Source: Parcubacteria group bacterium | GTDB taxonomy: Bacteria > Patescibacteriota > Minisyncoccia > Phycocordibacterales > Phycocordibacteraceae | Length of the DNA stretch: 64,000 nt | NCBI GenBank assembly: GCA_028286525.1 | Contig: JAQBRL010000020.1 | Location: forward strand, 7,444 to 71,443 | Direction: 5' to 3' | Shown: positions 49,099 to 57,313 of the stretch, one piece after another | Position numbering within the stretch: the stretch's first letter is position 1 | How the letters are laid out: each line of letters starts with the position of its first letter | Made by a program: the position numbers and the translations under genes | The notes under the pieces: generated by a model | Database searches by the model: none | Told to the model about the DNA's origin: nothing | What the model saw: the letters and a program-made list of their open reading frames with translations, nothing else

Positions 49099-49578
49099 AT
49101 GACGCTTCCCGAAGCTGAATATTATGCAGGCCTCGCGAAGAAAGGCTGCGGCGCTGCCGTTCTTCTCTTTAATGAGAGAGGCGAACTGCTTATCGTTGAC
49201 CCGAACTACAAACCCGATTGGGGACTTCCGGGCGGTGCGGTCGATGCTGATGAATCGCCGCGACTCGGAGCCCTTCGCGAAGTGCGGGAGGAGCTTGGCA
49301 TCTCCTTATCAACGCTTACGCTCATAGGGGTCGATTACATTCCGAGCAACCCTCCGCGTACCGAGGCGCTCTACCTTACCTTCGATGGAGGTGTCCTGAA
49401 CGGAAAGGAAATCGAATCCATCATTCTGCAGAAAGACGAACTGGACGAGTATCGCTTCGTGGATATCGCTGAAGCCATACAGCTTCTCAATCCACGGCAA
49501 GGAGGAAGATTGCCAGCATGTCTCGAAGCGCGAGCAAAAGGAACGGTCGCCTATACCGAGAATGGTATGCTTACGTAA
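49099..49578 (+). CDS. NUDIX hydrolase
   Basis: A NUDIX box is present (GLPGGAVDADESPRLGALREVREELGI). Confidence 0.85.
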   Translation: MTLPEAEYYAGLAKKGCGAAVLLFNERGELLIVDPNYKPDWGLPGGAVDADESPRLGALREVREELGISLSTLTLIGVDYIPSNPPRTEALYLTFDGGVLNGKEIESIILQKDELDEYRFVDIAEAIQLLNPRQGGRLPACLEARAKGTVAYTENGMLT

Positions 49579-49585
49579 ATAGGCT

Positions 49586-50737
49586 ATGAAAATCGTCTTT
49601 ACCGGTGGCGGCACGGGCGGCCATTTCTATCCGATCATCGCGATCGCGGAAGCTATGCGCGAACTCACGAACGAGCGCCGCTTGCTTGCGCCACAGATGT
49701 ATTTCATCGCTCCTAAGCCCTTCGACCCGGAAGCGCTATTCGAGAACCAGATACAATTCATTGCCTGCCCAGCCGGGAAGATGCGTCGATACAAGAGCCT
49801 TAAGAATTTTACCGACCTCTTTATTACCTTCGGCGGAGTAGTGAGCGCGGTCATTACGCTCTTCCGCATCTATCCGGACGTCGTGGTTTCCAAAGGCGGC
49901 TACACGAGCGTGCCGGTGACCATCGCGGCGAACCTTCTCCATATACCGGTCATCATCCATGAGTCAGATGCGCATCCGGGCCGGGCCAACCTGCTCGCCG
50001 CCAAGCACGCCGCGCGCATCGCCGTCGCGTTCGATTCCGCACGCACGTTCTTTCCTGCAAAAGCCCAAGACAAGATCGCTCGCATCGGCATCCCTATCCG
50101 CAAGGGCGTCGCGTTCGTGGACGCCGAGGGCGCCATACAAGAGCTGGGCCTCGAGCGCACCATCCCGACCATCCTCATCCTCGGCGGCTCCTCCGGCTCG
50201 GCGCACATCAATGAGACGGTGCTGTCGACGCTTCCGGACTTGGTATCCTTCGCGAACGTCATTCACCAGACCGGCAAGGACCTGTTCAAGGAAACGGAAG
50301 GGACGAGCTCCGTTATCCTGCAGGGCAATGAGCACAAGAATCGGTACCATGTCTTCCCATATCTCAACTCGCTCTCGTTGCGCCGCGCCGCAGGCGCGGC
50401 GACGCTCGTCATCTCGCGCGCCGGCTCCACCGCTATTTCCGAGATCTCTCTTTGGAAGAAGCCCGCCATCCTCATTCCTATCCCGGAAGTGGTCAGCCAT
50501 GACCAGCGCACCAACGCCTACGCATACGCCCACACGGGTGCTGCGGTGGTGCTCGAAGAAGGGAACATGACGCCGCACGTGCTCGCGAGCGAAGCGCGCC
50601 GCATCGCGCTGGATCCGGCGGTCGCGAGCGCCATGGCGCTCAAAGGGGCTGATTTCGCGAATCCCGAAGCCGCGCGCATGATCGCGGACGAAGCCCTTTC
50701 TATCGCCCTTGCGCACGAACCGGCGGAAATGGCCTGA
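49586..50737 (+). CDS. murG: UDP-GlcNAc:lipid I N-acetylglucosaminyltransferase MurG
   Basis: GGTGGH at the N-terminus, a GT28 fold and SRAGSTAISE are present. Confidence 0.92.
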   Translation: MKIVFTGGGTGGHFYPIIAIAEAMRELTNERRLLAPQMYFIAPKPFDPEALFENQIQFIACPAGKMRRYKSLKNFTDLFITFGGVVSAVITLFRIYPDVVVSKGGYTSVPVTIAANLLHIPVIIHESDAHPGRANLLAAKHAARIAVAFDSARTFFPAKAQDKIARIGIPIRKGVAFVDAEGAIQELGLERTIPTILILGGSSGSAHINETVLSTLPDLVSFANVIHQTGKDLFKETEGTSSVILQGNEHKNRYHVFPYLNSLSLRRAAGAATLVISRAGSTAISEISLWKKPAILIPIPEVVSHDQRTNAYAYAHTGAAVVLEEGNMTPHVLASEARRIALDPAVASAMALKGADFANPEAARMIADEALSIALAHEPAEMA

Positions 50738-50947
50738 AATGGCCAAATACTTTGTTGCGGGTCCCGCCTCATTTCTCCGTCGTACTATGAGTACGCCTAC
50801 GAAATGCGACTGCCCGCGTCGCGTCTTTGACGCATTGCAGGCACATTTCGAAGAGCGAAGTCGTCCTGCGAAAAATCGACTAAGACTTGGCCAAGCGGCC
50901 CGAAGCGGTCGATTTTTCGTAGGACGACGAAGTGATAAAGTAGCTAT
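50738..50947 (+). other. Structured 210-nt intergenic leader upstream of gltX, containing the shared palindrome motif and a 20-bp stem hairpin
   Basis: The palindrome CGTACTATGAGTACG lies at 50781..50795. The 20-bp stem pairs 50861..50880 with 50907..50926 (one G-U). CCTACGAAA/TTTCGTAGG is a competing helix. Confidence 0.45.
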
Positions 50948-52369
50948 ATGAACGTACGCACAAGGTTTGCGCCCAGCCCCACTGGCTTCATGCATGTAGG
51001 CGGCATCCGCACCGCCCTCTTCTCGTGGCTATACGCCCGCAAGCATGGGGGGCAATTCATATTGCGTATCGAGGATACCGACCAGGAGCGGGAAACGGAG
51101 GGCTCGGTAGGGCACATCATCGAATCCCTGAAGTGGCTCGGTATCGAGTACGACGAGGGTCCGGACATCGGCGGAGCGCATGACCCGTACTTCCAGTCGG
51201 CCCGCCTCGACCTGTACAAGCGCTATGCGGATCAGCTCATCGCGGCAGGGTTCGCGTACGCCGACCCGTTCACCGAAGAGGAAGTGGAAGCACTGCGCGC
51301 GCAGGCGGAAGCCGAGAAGCGTCCCTTCCTGTACCGCGAGCATCGGCCGGAGACGTTCGACGAATGGGACGGCACGCGCCCGCTGCGCTTTCGCGTACCC
51401 GAGGTCAAGCGCTACACCTGGACCGACCTCGTGCGCGGCGAGCTTACGGCGGGTGAGGAAGCGCTCGACGATTTCATACTCATCAAGACGGATGGATTCC
51501 CGACATATAACTTCGCCCATGTCGTGGACGATATAGAAATGGAGATAACCCACGTGATGCGGGGCGAGGAATTCATCTCCTCCACGCCAAAATTCCTCTC
51601 GCTCTACGAGGCGCTCGATACGGCGCCGCCTGCATTCGCTACGATGCCGGTCATCCTCGGACCCGATGGCAAAAAGAAACTTTCGAAGCGCGACGGGGCA
51701 AAAGACATCCTTGAATATCGCGATGAGGGCTATCTGCCGCAGGCCATGCGCAATTTCCTTGCGCTCGTCGGGTGGAATCCGGGTACCGAGCAGGAAGTGC
51801 TCTCGGACGATGAGCTTACTTCCGCGTTCGATATCACGCGCGTCCAGAAGAGCGGGGGAGCCTTCGACGAGCAGAAGCTGCTGTTCATCAATCGCGAATG
51901 GATGCGACGCTTATCGGATGAAGACTTCATACTCGAAGGCGAGCTTGAGGCATCCAGCACCAGCAGATTGCTCGCTGCCGTACCGCTTCTGAAGGAGCGT
52001 GCGTCCACCTTTGCGGAGGCCCGCGGAATGCTTACCAGAGAGCTCGCCTGCCTTTTCTCCACTCCGTCGCCTGAGCGCGACCCGCTCATAGAGAAAGCAC
52101 CGCCCGAAGCCACAAAAGCCCATTTGCAAGCGTTTTTAGGCCTTATAGAGGGGCTTCCGCCGCTTACGCATGCCGATATGGTCAAAGAAGCGCTTATGCC
52201 GTACGCGGATGCGATTCCGAAGGAAGCGGGCGGCCGCGGAGCGGCCCTGTGGCCGCTCCGCTATGCGCTTTCCGGAGCCGAGCGTTCGCCTGACCCCTTC
52301 ACCCTCATCCATATACTGGGCGCAAACGAATCGCTCTCGCGCATCAAGAACGCAATTGATATACTTTAG
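50948..52369 (+). CDS. gltX: Glutamyl-tRNA synthetase
   Basis: PSPTGFMHVGG (HIGH-type) and KLSKRDG (KMSKS-type) are present. Confidence 0.95.
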   Translation: MNVRTRFAPSPTGFMHVGGIRTALFSWLYARKHGGQFILRIEDTDQERETEGSVGHIIESLKWLGIEYDEGPDIGGAHDPYFQSARLDLYKRYADQLIAAGFAYADPFTEEEVEALRAQAEAEKRPFLYREHRPETFDEWDGTRPLRFRVPEVKRYTWTDLVRGELTAGEEALDDFILIKTDGFPTYNFAHVVDDIEMEITHVMRGEEFISSTPKFLSLYEALDTAPPAFATMPVILGPDGKKKLSKRDGAKDILEYRDEGYLPQAMRNFLALVGWNPGTEQEVLSDDELTSAFDITRVQKSGGAFDEQKLLFINREWMRRLSDEDFILEGELEASSTSRLLAAVPLLKERASTFAEARGMLTRELACLFSTPSPERDPLIEKAPPEATKAHLQAFLGLIEGLPPLTHADMVKEALMPYADAIPKEAGGRGAALWPLRYALSGAERSPDPFTLIHILGANESLSRIKNAIDIL

Positions 52370-52372
52370 GGA

Positions 52373-53725
52373 ATGCAGGTACGTTCATTCGGTATTGCCC
52401 TCATCCTGCTCGCACTCTCACTCGCGTTCGTCGGCCCGTTCACGCATAGCGTAGAGGCCCAAGCTGCCGCTGATATCCAGCAGCAGATAGCAGCGCATAA
52501 CAAGCAGATCGCGGACCTCGACGCCGAGATCGCTGCCTACCAGAAGCAGTTGGATGCACTCGGCAACCAGCATCAGACGCTCGCCACTTCCATCAAGTCG
52601 CTCGATACGCAGCGGGCACAGCTCACGACGAAGATCAAATCGTTGCAGCAGCAGATAACGGCGCTCAATCTCGAACTCAAGCAGCTCGGCTATCAGATAG
52701 CGGACAAGCAGCAATCCATCGATCTCAATAAGCGCGCGGTCGCGCAATCGCTGCGCGACATCGCGCTCGCCGATAATTCCTCCGTCGTGGAGCAGGTATT
52801 CTCTTCCAATAATCTCACCGACGCGTGGGCCGCCGTCGATGCGAACGTAACGCTGAACCAAGCGCTCCAAGGGCATACGGCGCAGCTCGTGCAGGTGAAG
52901 CAGGAACTTTCCAATCAGCAGCAGTCGGTCAATCAAACCCAGGCGAAATTAGTGACGGTCACCACCGACCTGGGTACGCAGAAAAAAGCGGTGGACGTTA
53001 CGGTGTCGCAAAAGAGCCAGCTGCTCGCGCAGACCAAGAGCCAGGAGAGCAGCTATCAGAGCCTCATCGCCACGAAGAAGGCGCAGCAGAAAGCATTCGA
53101 AAGCGAACTCACCGCGCTCGAAGGCCAACTGAAATCCGTGGGTACCGCGAGCATCCCGCATGTGGGGCAGGGAATACTCAATTGGCCATTCTCTGCGTCC
53201 TTCGCGCAGCACTGCATCGCGATATCCGGCGTGCTCAAGAACAATTACTGCGTCACGCAATACTTCGGCAATACCGCGTTCGCAGCCTCCGGGGCATATA
53301 ACGGAAGCGGCCATAACGGCATCGATATCGGTATGCCTATCGGCACGCCCGTGCAGGCAGCGCTCTCCGGAACGGTGCTCGGCACCGGCAACACCGACCT
53401 CGCCCATGACGCGGCAGGCAATCAGTGCTACTCATTCGGTAAATGGGTCATGATCAAGCACGCCAACGGCCTTTCCACGATGTACGGCCACCTGTCGCAA
53501 ATAAACGTATCGAAAGGACAGGCCGTCTCTACCGGCGACGTGCTTGGATTCTCGGGCGAGACCGGATACGCGACCGGGCCGCATCTCCATTTCGGCGTGT
53601 ATGCGAGCGCGGGCGTGCAGATACTTACGCTCGGTCAGTTCAAGGGCGGAGCCAGCCCATGCGCGAACGCTTCCATGCCGGTCGCTCCGCTTAACGCATA
53701 CCTGAATCCGACATCGTATCTGTAG
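52373..53725 (+). CDS. M23-family peptidase with long N-terminal coiled coil (EnvC/NlpD-like)
   Basis: A signal peptide is followed by a Q-rich coiled coil and M23 motifs HNGIDIG ... GPHLHFGV. Confidence 0.85.
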   Translation: MQVRSFGIALILLALSLAFVGPFTHSVEAQAAADIQQQIAAHNKQIADLDAEIAAYQKQLDALGNQHQTLATSIKSLDTQRAQLTTKIKSLQQQITALNLELKQLGYQIADKQQSIDLNKRAVAQSLRDIALADNSSVVEQVFSSNNLTDAWAAVDANVTLNQALQGHTAQLVQVKQELSNQQQSVNQTQAKLVTVTTDLGTQKKAVDVTVSQKSQLLAQTKSQESSYQSLIATKKAQQKAFESELTALEGQLKSVGTASIPHVGQGILNWPFSASFAQHCIAISGVLKNNYCVTQYFGNTAFAASGAYNGSGHNGIDIGMPIGTPVQAALSGTVLGTGNTDLAHDAAGNQCYSFGKWVMIKHANGLSTMYGHLSQINVSKGQAVSTGDVLGFSGETGYATGPHLHFGVYASAGVQILTLGQFKGGASPCANASMPVAPLNAYLNPTSYL

Positions 53726-53765
53726 TAGTTCGATCCCTAGTCTCCCCTAACTTATAATTATTCTT

Positions 53766-54209
53766 ATGAGTAAGAAAAAAATATGGCTACCTATAGTAAT
53801 CCTACTGATCATTATAGTTGGTCTGGTAATTGCAATGAATAGGAATAATGCGATATCGGAGCCAGCTTATACAAATGAGACCAATGGTTCTGTCAGTTCT
53901 TCAAATTCATCAACGTCATATGCCCCTACCCCTATTGATCGTTCAAAACTTCTTAGCGGCAAATTTACCGAGAATCGATCTCCGGACGGTAAGTTCATCT
54001 CACACACCTTTGATAATGAACAAGGTGATTCTGGGGTATATCTAAGCACCAGCAGCGGCACTGACGTTAGTGCAACGTACTGTGGCTACTTTAAAGAATG
54101 GTCGCCTGATAGCAAAAAAATAACCGTATTTGTCCCTGAAGAGTGCGGTAAGGGTGTGCCACAGAATGAGACCTTTGAGCTACATGTCGATGGCACTATA
54201 AGTAAGTAA
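53766..54209 (+). CDS. Hypothetical signal-anchored protein (low-GC patch)
   Basis: An N-terminal TM helix is present and GC is much lower than the window average. Confidence 0.4.
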   Translation: MSKKKIWLPIVILLIIIVGLVIAMNRNNAISEPAYTNETNGSVSSSNSSTSYAPTPIDRSKLLSGKFTENRSPDGKFISHTFDNEQGDSGVYLSTSSGTDVSATYCGYFKEWSPDSKKITVFVPEECGKGVPQNETFELHVDGTISK

Positions 54210-54282
54210 GTTTTAAGCGGCACACGATCTCTTACGATCCCGTACCGAATTCCTCGCACCAAAACGTGCTAGCATCGCATAT

Positions 54283-54636
54283 ATGAAAACTAGAACTATG
54301 GTAGAGGTGGTCGGAGCACTACTTCTCATCATTCTCTTTGGCTTCGGATGGGCTCGCCAGCACTCCGCTCCACCTGCCGTGCTGCCTGCACAATCGACGA
54401 GGATCTCGGAAGACGACGCCGCACAGATCGCGCTACAGGCCTACCTTGATTCGAAAAAGAGCACCCTGTCCGCGAGCTGTATTTCTGCAGATACCGTACG
54501 TACGGCAACCGATAGCATCGATTTCAATATACGGGAAATCCATAATGCTGCCTGCGGAGGCGATCCGATGACCGCTCCGCGATTAGAGTCCTATACGGTA
54601 AATCTACAGACGGGTAAGGCAACTCTGGAGCAGTAA
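54283..54636 (+). CDS. Hypothetical signal-anchored protein
   Basis: An N-terminal TM helix is present. Confidence 0.4.
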   Translation: MKTRTMVEVVGALLLIILFGFGWARQHSAPPAVLPAQSTRISEDDAAQIALQAYLDSKKSTLSASCISADTVRTATDSIDFNIREIHNAACGGDPMTAPRLESYTVNLQTGKATLEQ

Positions 54637-54679
54637 TGCTCCAATCTCGTTCCAGCCAACTGCGCTACAATGCCTGCAT

Positions 54680-54898
54680 ATGGCACTAGGGAAGATGGTT
54701 TCGAACCGATTCACGAATGAGAAAGGGAACGATATCTACATACGTGCGAACGAAGAGCCGATACACGGCGTGCCCGGTATCCTTCTGTATATAGCCGGCC
54801 CGGACTCCGACACCGAGATGCACGTCACCCGGCAAGAAGGGCTTGAGCTTCTTATGCTTTTATCGAAGCTTCTGAAACAAGGTCGCCGAACTCGTTAG
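54680..54898 (+). CDS. Small hypothetical protein
   Basis: This is an ORF only, with no RBS; support is weak. Confidence 0.25.
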   Translation: MALGKMVSNRFTNEKGNDIYIRANEEPIHGVPGILLYIAGPDSDTEMHVTRQEGLELLMLLSKLLKQGRRTR

Positions 54899-54965
54899 AA
54901 AGATTCCAGACCGCGTACGCATTGAATTAATGCGCTCTTCATCCTCGCTTGCTAAAGTGAGGTAA

Positions 54966-55862
54966 ATGGAATTAGGCTCCGCGGTAGATCTGCGTACCCG
55001 TAAGATAGGAGCAGTACTGAACACCGCGAGCGGTAGCTGCACGAGTGAATCCGTTCAGGAGATGGAAGCCATCTTCGAAGAATTCGAATTGAGGCCGGTA
55101 CGTATGTGGTGCAGCGCCTCGAACGAGCTTCCGCAGGCATTCGCCGAAGTCGAGAAACGCGACCTCGATGTGCTGGTCGTGCTCGGCGGCGACGGTACCA
55201 TACGGAGCGCCGCGGAACTCTGCAACGAAAACGGCCCGCTTCTCGTGCCGCTTCCGGGAGGCACGATGAACGTGCTTCCTAAGGCGCTCTATGGAAACGG
55301 CTCATGGCAGGACATATTACGCGCCGTACTTTCGAATCCCCAGGTCAAGCCTGTATCGGGAGGGGAAGTCGAGGGGCACCGATTCTTCATCTCCGCCATA
55401 TGCGGGGCGCCTGCGCTGTGGGCGAAGGTGCGGGAATCGATTCGCGAGGGCGAACTCGGCGCAGCCATCGAGCACGGAAAGGCGGCTCTTGACCGCATGT
55501 TCGCGACGAAGATCCACTACCAATTCAATGAGATGCACGAAGGGGAGACCGAGGCGCTCACCATAAGCTGTCCGTTGGTCTCAAGCGCGCTTGAGGATGA
55601 TCGCGAAGTCTTCGAGGCGGCGGTCATAGATGTCAACGATGCGCCAGATGTGCTCGCCTTTGCGACTGCGGCGGCGTTCGGTGCCTGGCGCGAGACCAAG
55701 CAGGTGGCTATCGTCCGTACGAAGAGCGTGACCGTATCTTCCCGCCGGACGCTTCCTATCATCCTGGACGGCGAGACCATGGATGTCGGAAGCGAAGCCC
55801 GCATCGAATTCGTGCCGCATGCATTCAGCGCGCTCGTTCCGACCGATGAAATACTTCCTTGA
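54966..55862 (+). CDS. Lipid kinase of the diacylglycerol-kinase catalytic family (YegS/BmrU-like)
   Basis: VLGGDGT is the DAGK_cat signature. Confidence 0.8.
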   Translation: MELGSAVDLRTRKIGAVLNTASGSCTSESVQEMEAIFEEFELRPVRMWCSASNELPQAFAEVEKRDLDVLVVLGGDGTIRSAAELCNENGPLLVPLPGGTMNVLPKALYGNGSWQDILRAVLSNPQVKPVSGGEVEGHRFFISAICGAPALWAKVRESIREGELGAAIEHGKAALDRMFATKIHYQFNEMHEGETEALTISCPLVSSALEDDREVFEAAVIDVNDAPDVLAFATAAAFGAWRETKQVAIVRTKSVTVSSRRTLPIILDGETMDVGSEARIEFVPHAFSALVPTDEILP

Positions 55863-56406
55863 TTTCGATCGCACGGTATACGACACCGATGCGTTCAAGA
55901 AAAGCGTCGCGCGCCGGCCGACCTTCCTCGAGCTGATACGCCAATTCGAGGCGGCGGTGCTGGAATTCGCACGACCGCACGCGACGATGACGCGGCGTCG
56001 GAGATTCTTGCGCACCTGGGGAACATTCCTAAGCCATGGCCGCTTTACGTTCACGCCCGAAGAGCTCAAGCAGTTCATCTATCCGGACGTCCCGCCGTTC
56101 CTTGCCGCCCACGACTGCACCATCGTCACCTATGGCGTACGCGCATTCATAACCGCGAAAGTTACTACCGCGCTTACGGACCTTCCGCTTACCGATATCG
56201 TGTATACGAGCAGGAAGAAAGGCCGGACTATCGCCCGTCTGTGCGCCCAGGCGGCCGATGACTGCACTTTCATCGACGACATGCTCTTTCAGCTGGCTTC
56301 GGTTGCCCAGTGGTGCCCCGACGTCACCGTAGTGGAGATGCGCCGCAACGGAGGAGCGGGTGACGGTCGCTGGCCGGTCATCCGTTCCCTCGAAGAACTG
56401 CATTAG
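55846..56406 (+). CDS. HAD-superfamily hydrolase
   Basis: Motif I is FLDFDRTVYD (DxDxT). It overlaps the lipid-kinase stop by 17 nt; an alternative upstream start lies at 55783. Confidence 0.55.
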   Translation: MKYFLDFDRTVYDTDAFKKSVARRPTFLELIRQFEAAVLEFARPHATMTRRRRFLRTWGTFLSHGRFTFTPEELKQFIYPDVPPFLAAHDCTIVTYGVRAFITAKVTTALTDLPLTDIVYTSRKKGRTIARLCAQAADDCTFIDDMLFQLASVAQWCPDVTVVEMRRNGGAGDGRWPVIRSLEELH

Positions 56407-57071
56407 GAAGGATTGTCGCGCGTTCGCCAGAGGATGAGGGACGCGAAGGAGCGATGCGGCGACCATTTCGCCGCTATTTCCGTATATACCTCGCGTTTCG
56501 AATTCATAGGTATGCCATACAGCGCTTCCATGGCGCGCACGAGACCGAGATCGCCGACCGAGAACACATCGCTGCGCCCGAGCGCAAAGATAAGGAACAT
56601 TTCGGCCGTCCAGGTGCCGATGCCCCATATGGCGTTTAACCGTAGAATGGCTTCTTCCTCCGGAAGCTTTCGGAGACCCGCAAGATCGAGCTCACCGGAA
56701 CGCACCGCTCGAGAAAGCTCTTTCAGGGTCTTGGATTTCGCCGCCGAAAGTCCTGCCTTGCGCAGGGTAGGGAGGCGCAGCCGGGCAATGGCTTCAGGGG
56801 TGACCGTTCCGCCGCACGCGGTTTCAAGCCGTCCCCAGATGGTGTCTGCCGCTTTCGTGGAGAGCTGTTGGCCGGTCACGGAGCCCGCGAGAGCCGCGAA
56901 CAGCTTCTGGCTGCCGTAGCGCTTTTCGGCGCTCGAAAAATCGCGCACGTGCGCGTAGTGGGCAAGCGCCGCAGCATACAAGATAGGATCCGCCTTCTTG
57001 AGATAGGCGAGGGCAGCGCGATTGCCGTCGAGCTTCTTCGGCAACGCTGTATGGACTCGCTTGGTGGCCAT
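56403..57071 (-). CDS. HhH-GPD DNA glycosylase (AlkA-like 3-methyladenine DNA glycosylase II)
   Basis: The HhH-GPD signature is AIWGIGTWTAEMFLIFALGRSDVFSVGDLGL. The start was chosen at MATKRVH; the track ORF extends to 57218. Confidence 0.8.
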   Translation of the reverse strand: MATKRVHTALPKKLDGNRAALAYLKKADPILYAAALAHYAHVRDFSSAEKRYGSQKLFAALAGSVTGQQLSTKAADTIWGRLETACGGTVTPEAIARLRLPTLRKAGLSAAKSKTLKELSRAVRSGELDLAGLRKLPEEEAILRLNAIWGIGTWTAEMFLIFALGRSDVFSVGDLGLVRAMEALYGIPMNSKREVYTEIAAKWSPHRSFASLILWRTRDNPS

Positions 57072-57083
57072 GGGTGCAGTATA

Positions 57084-57103
57084 GCGTGAACCCGCGTTCA
57101 CGC
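57084..57103. promoter_or_regulatory. Perfect inverted repeat GCGTGAAC-CCGC-GTTCACGC, 13 nt upstream of the AlkA-like start
   Basis: 8-bp arms were read directly; it is a candidate operator or 5'-UTR hairpin. Confidence 0.35.
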
Positions 57104-57313
57104 GGAGCGGGCTTCTCCCAATCTTCATGCGGTAACCGTCACGGTACGGCAGGAAGAGGGAAAGGGAGCGAGTTCTCGATCGCTCATCCCTACCGCGGAG
57201 GCAATTGACATTTTGCATCCTGGTGGGACACTTTTCCTTAGGAACGGCACAGGCCGTGGGGTTCGGATCGCTTTATTCACGCCGCGCTCGCGGCTCGCTA
57301 ACGGTAGTTACCC

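Noticed and set aside
50738-50947. T-box riboswitch upstream of gltX
   Set aside because: I looked for the T-box consensus (AATTAGGGTGGNACCGCG-like) and a specifier-loop layout and found neither. It is reported only as an uncharacterised structured leader.
49964-50995. 343-aa minus-strand ORF and 203-aa plus-strand alternative frame
   Set aside because: Both lie inside murG on other frames or strands.
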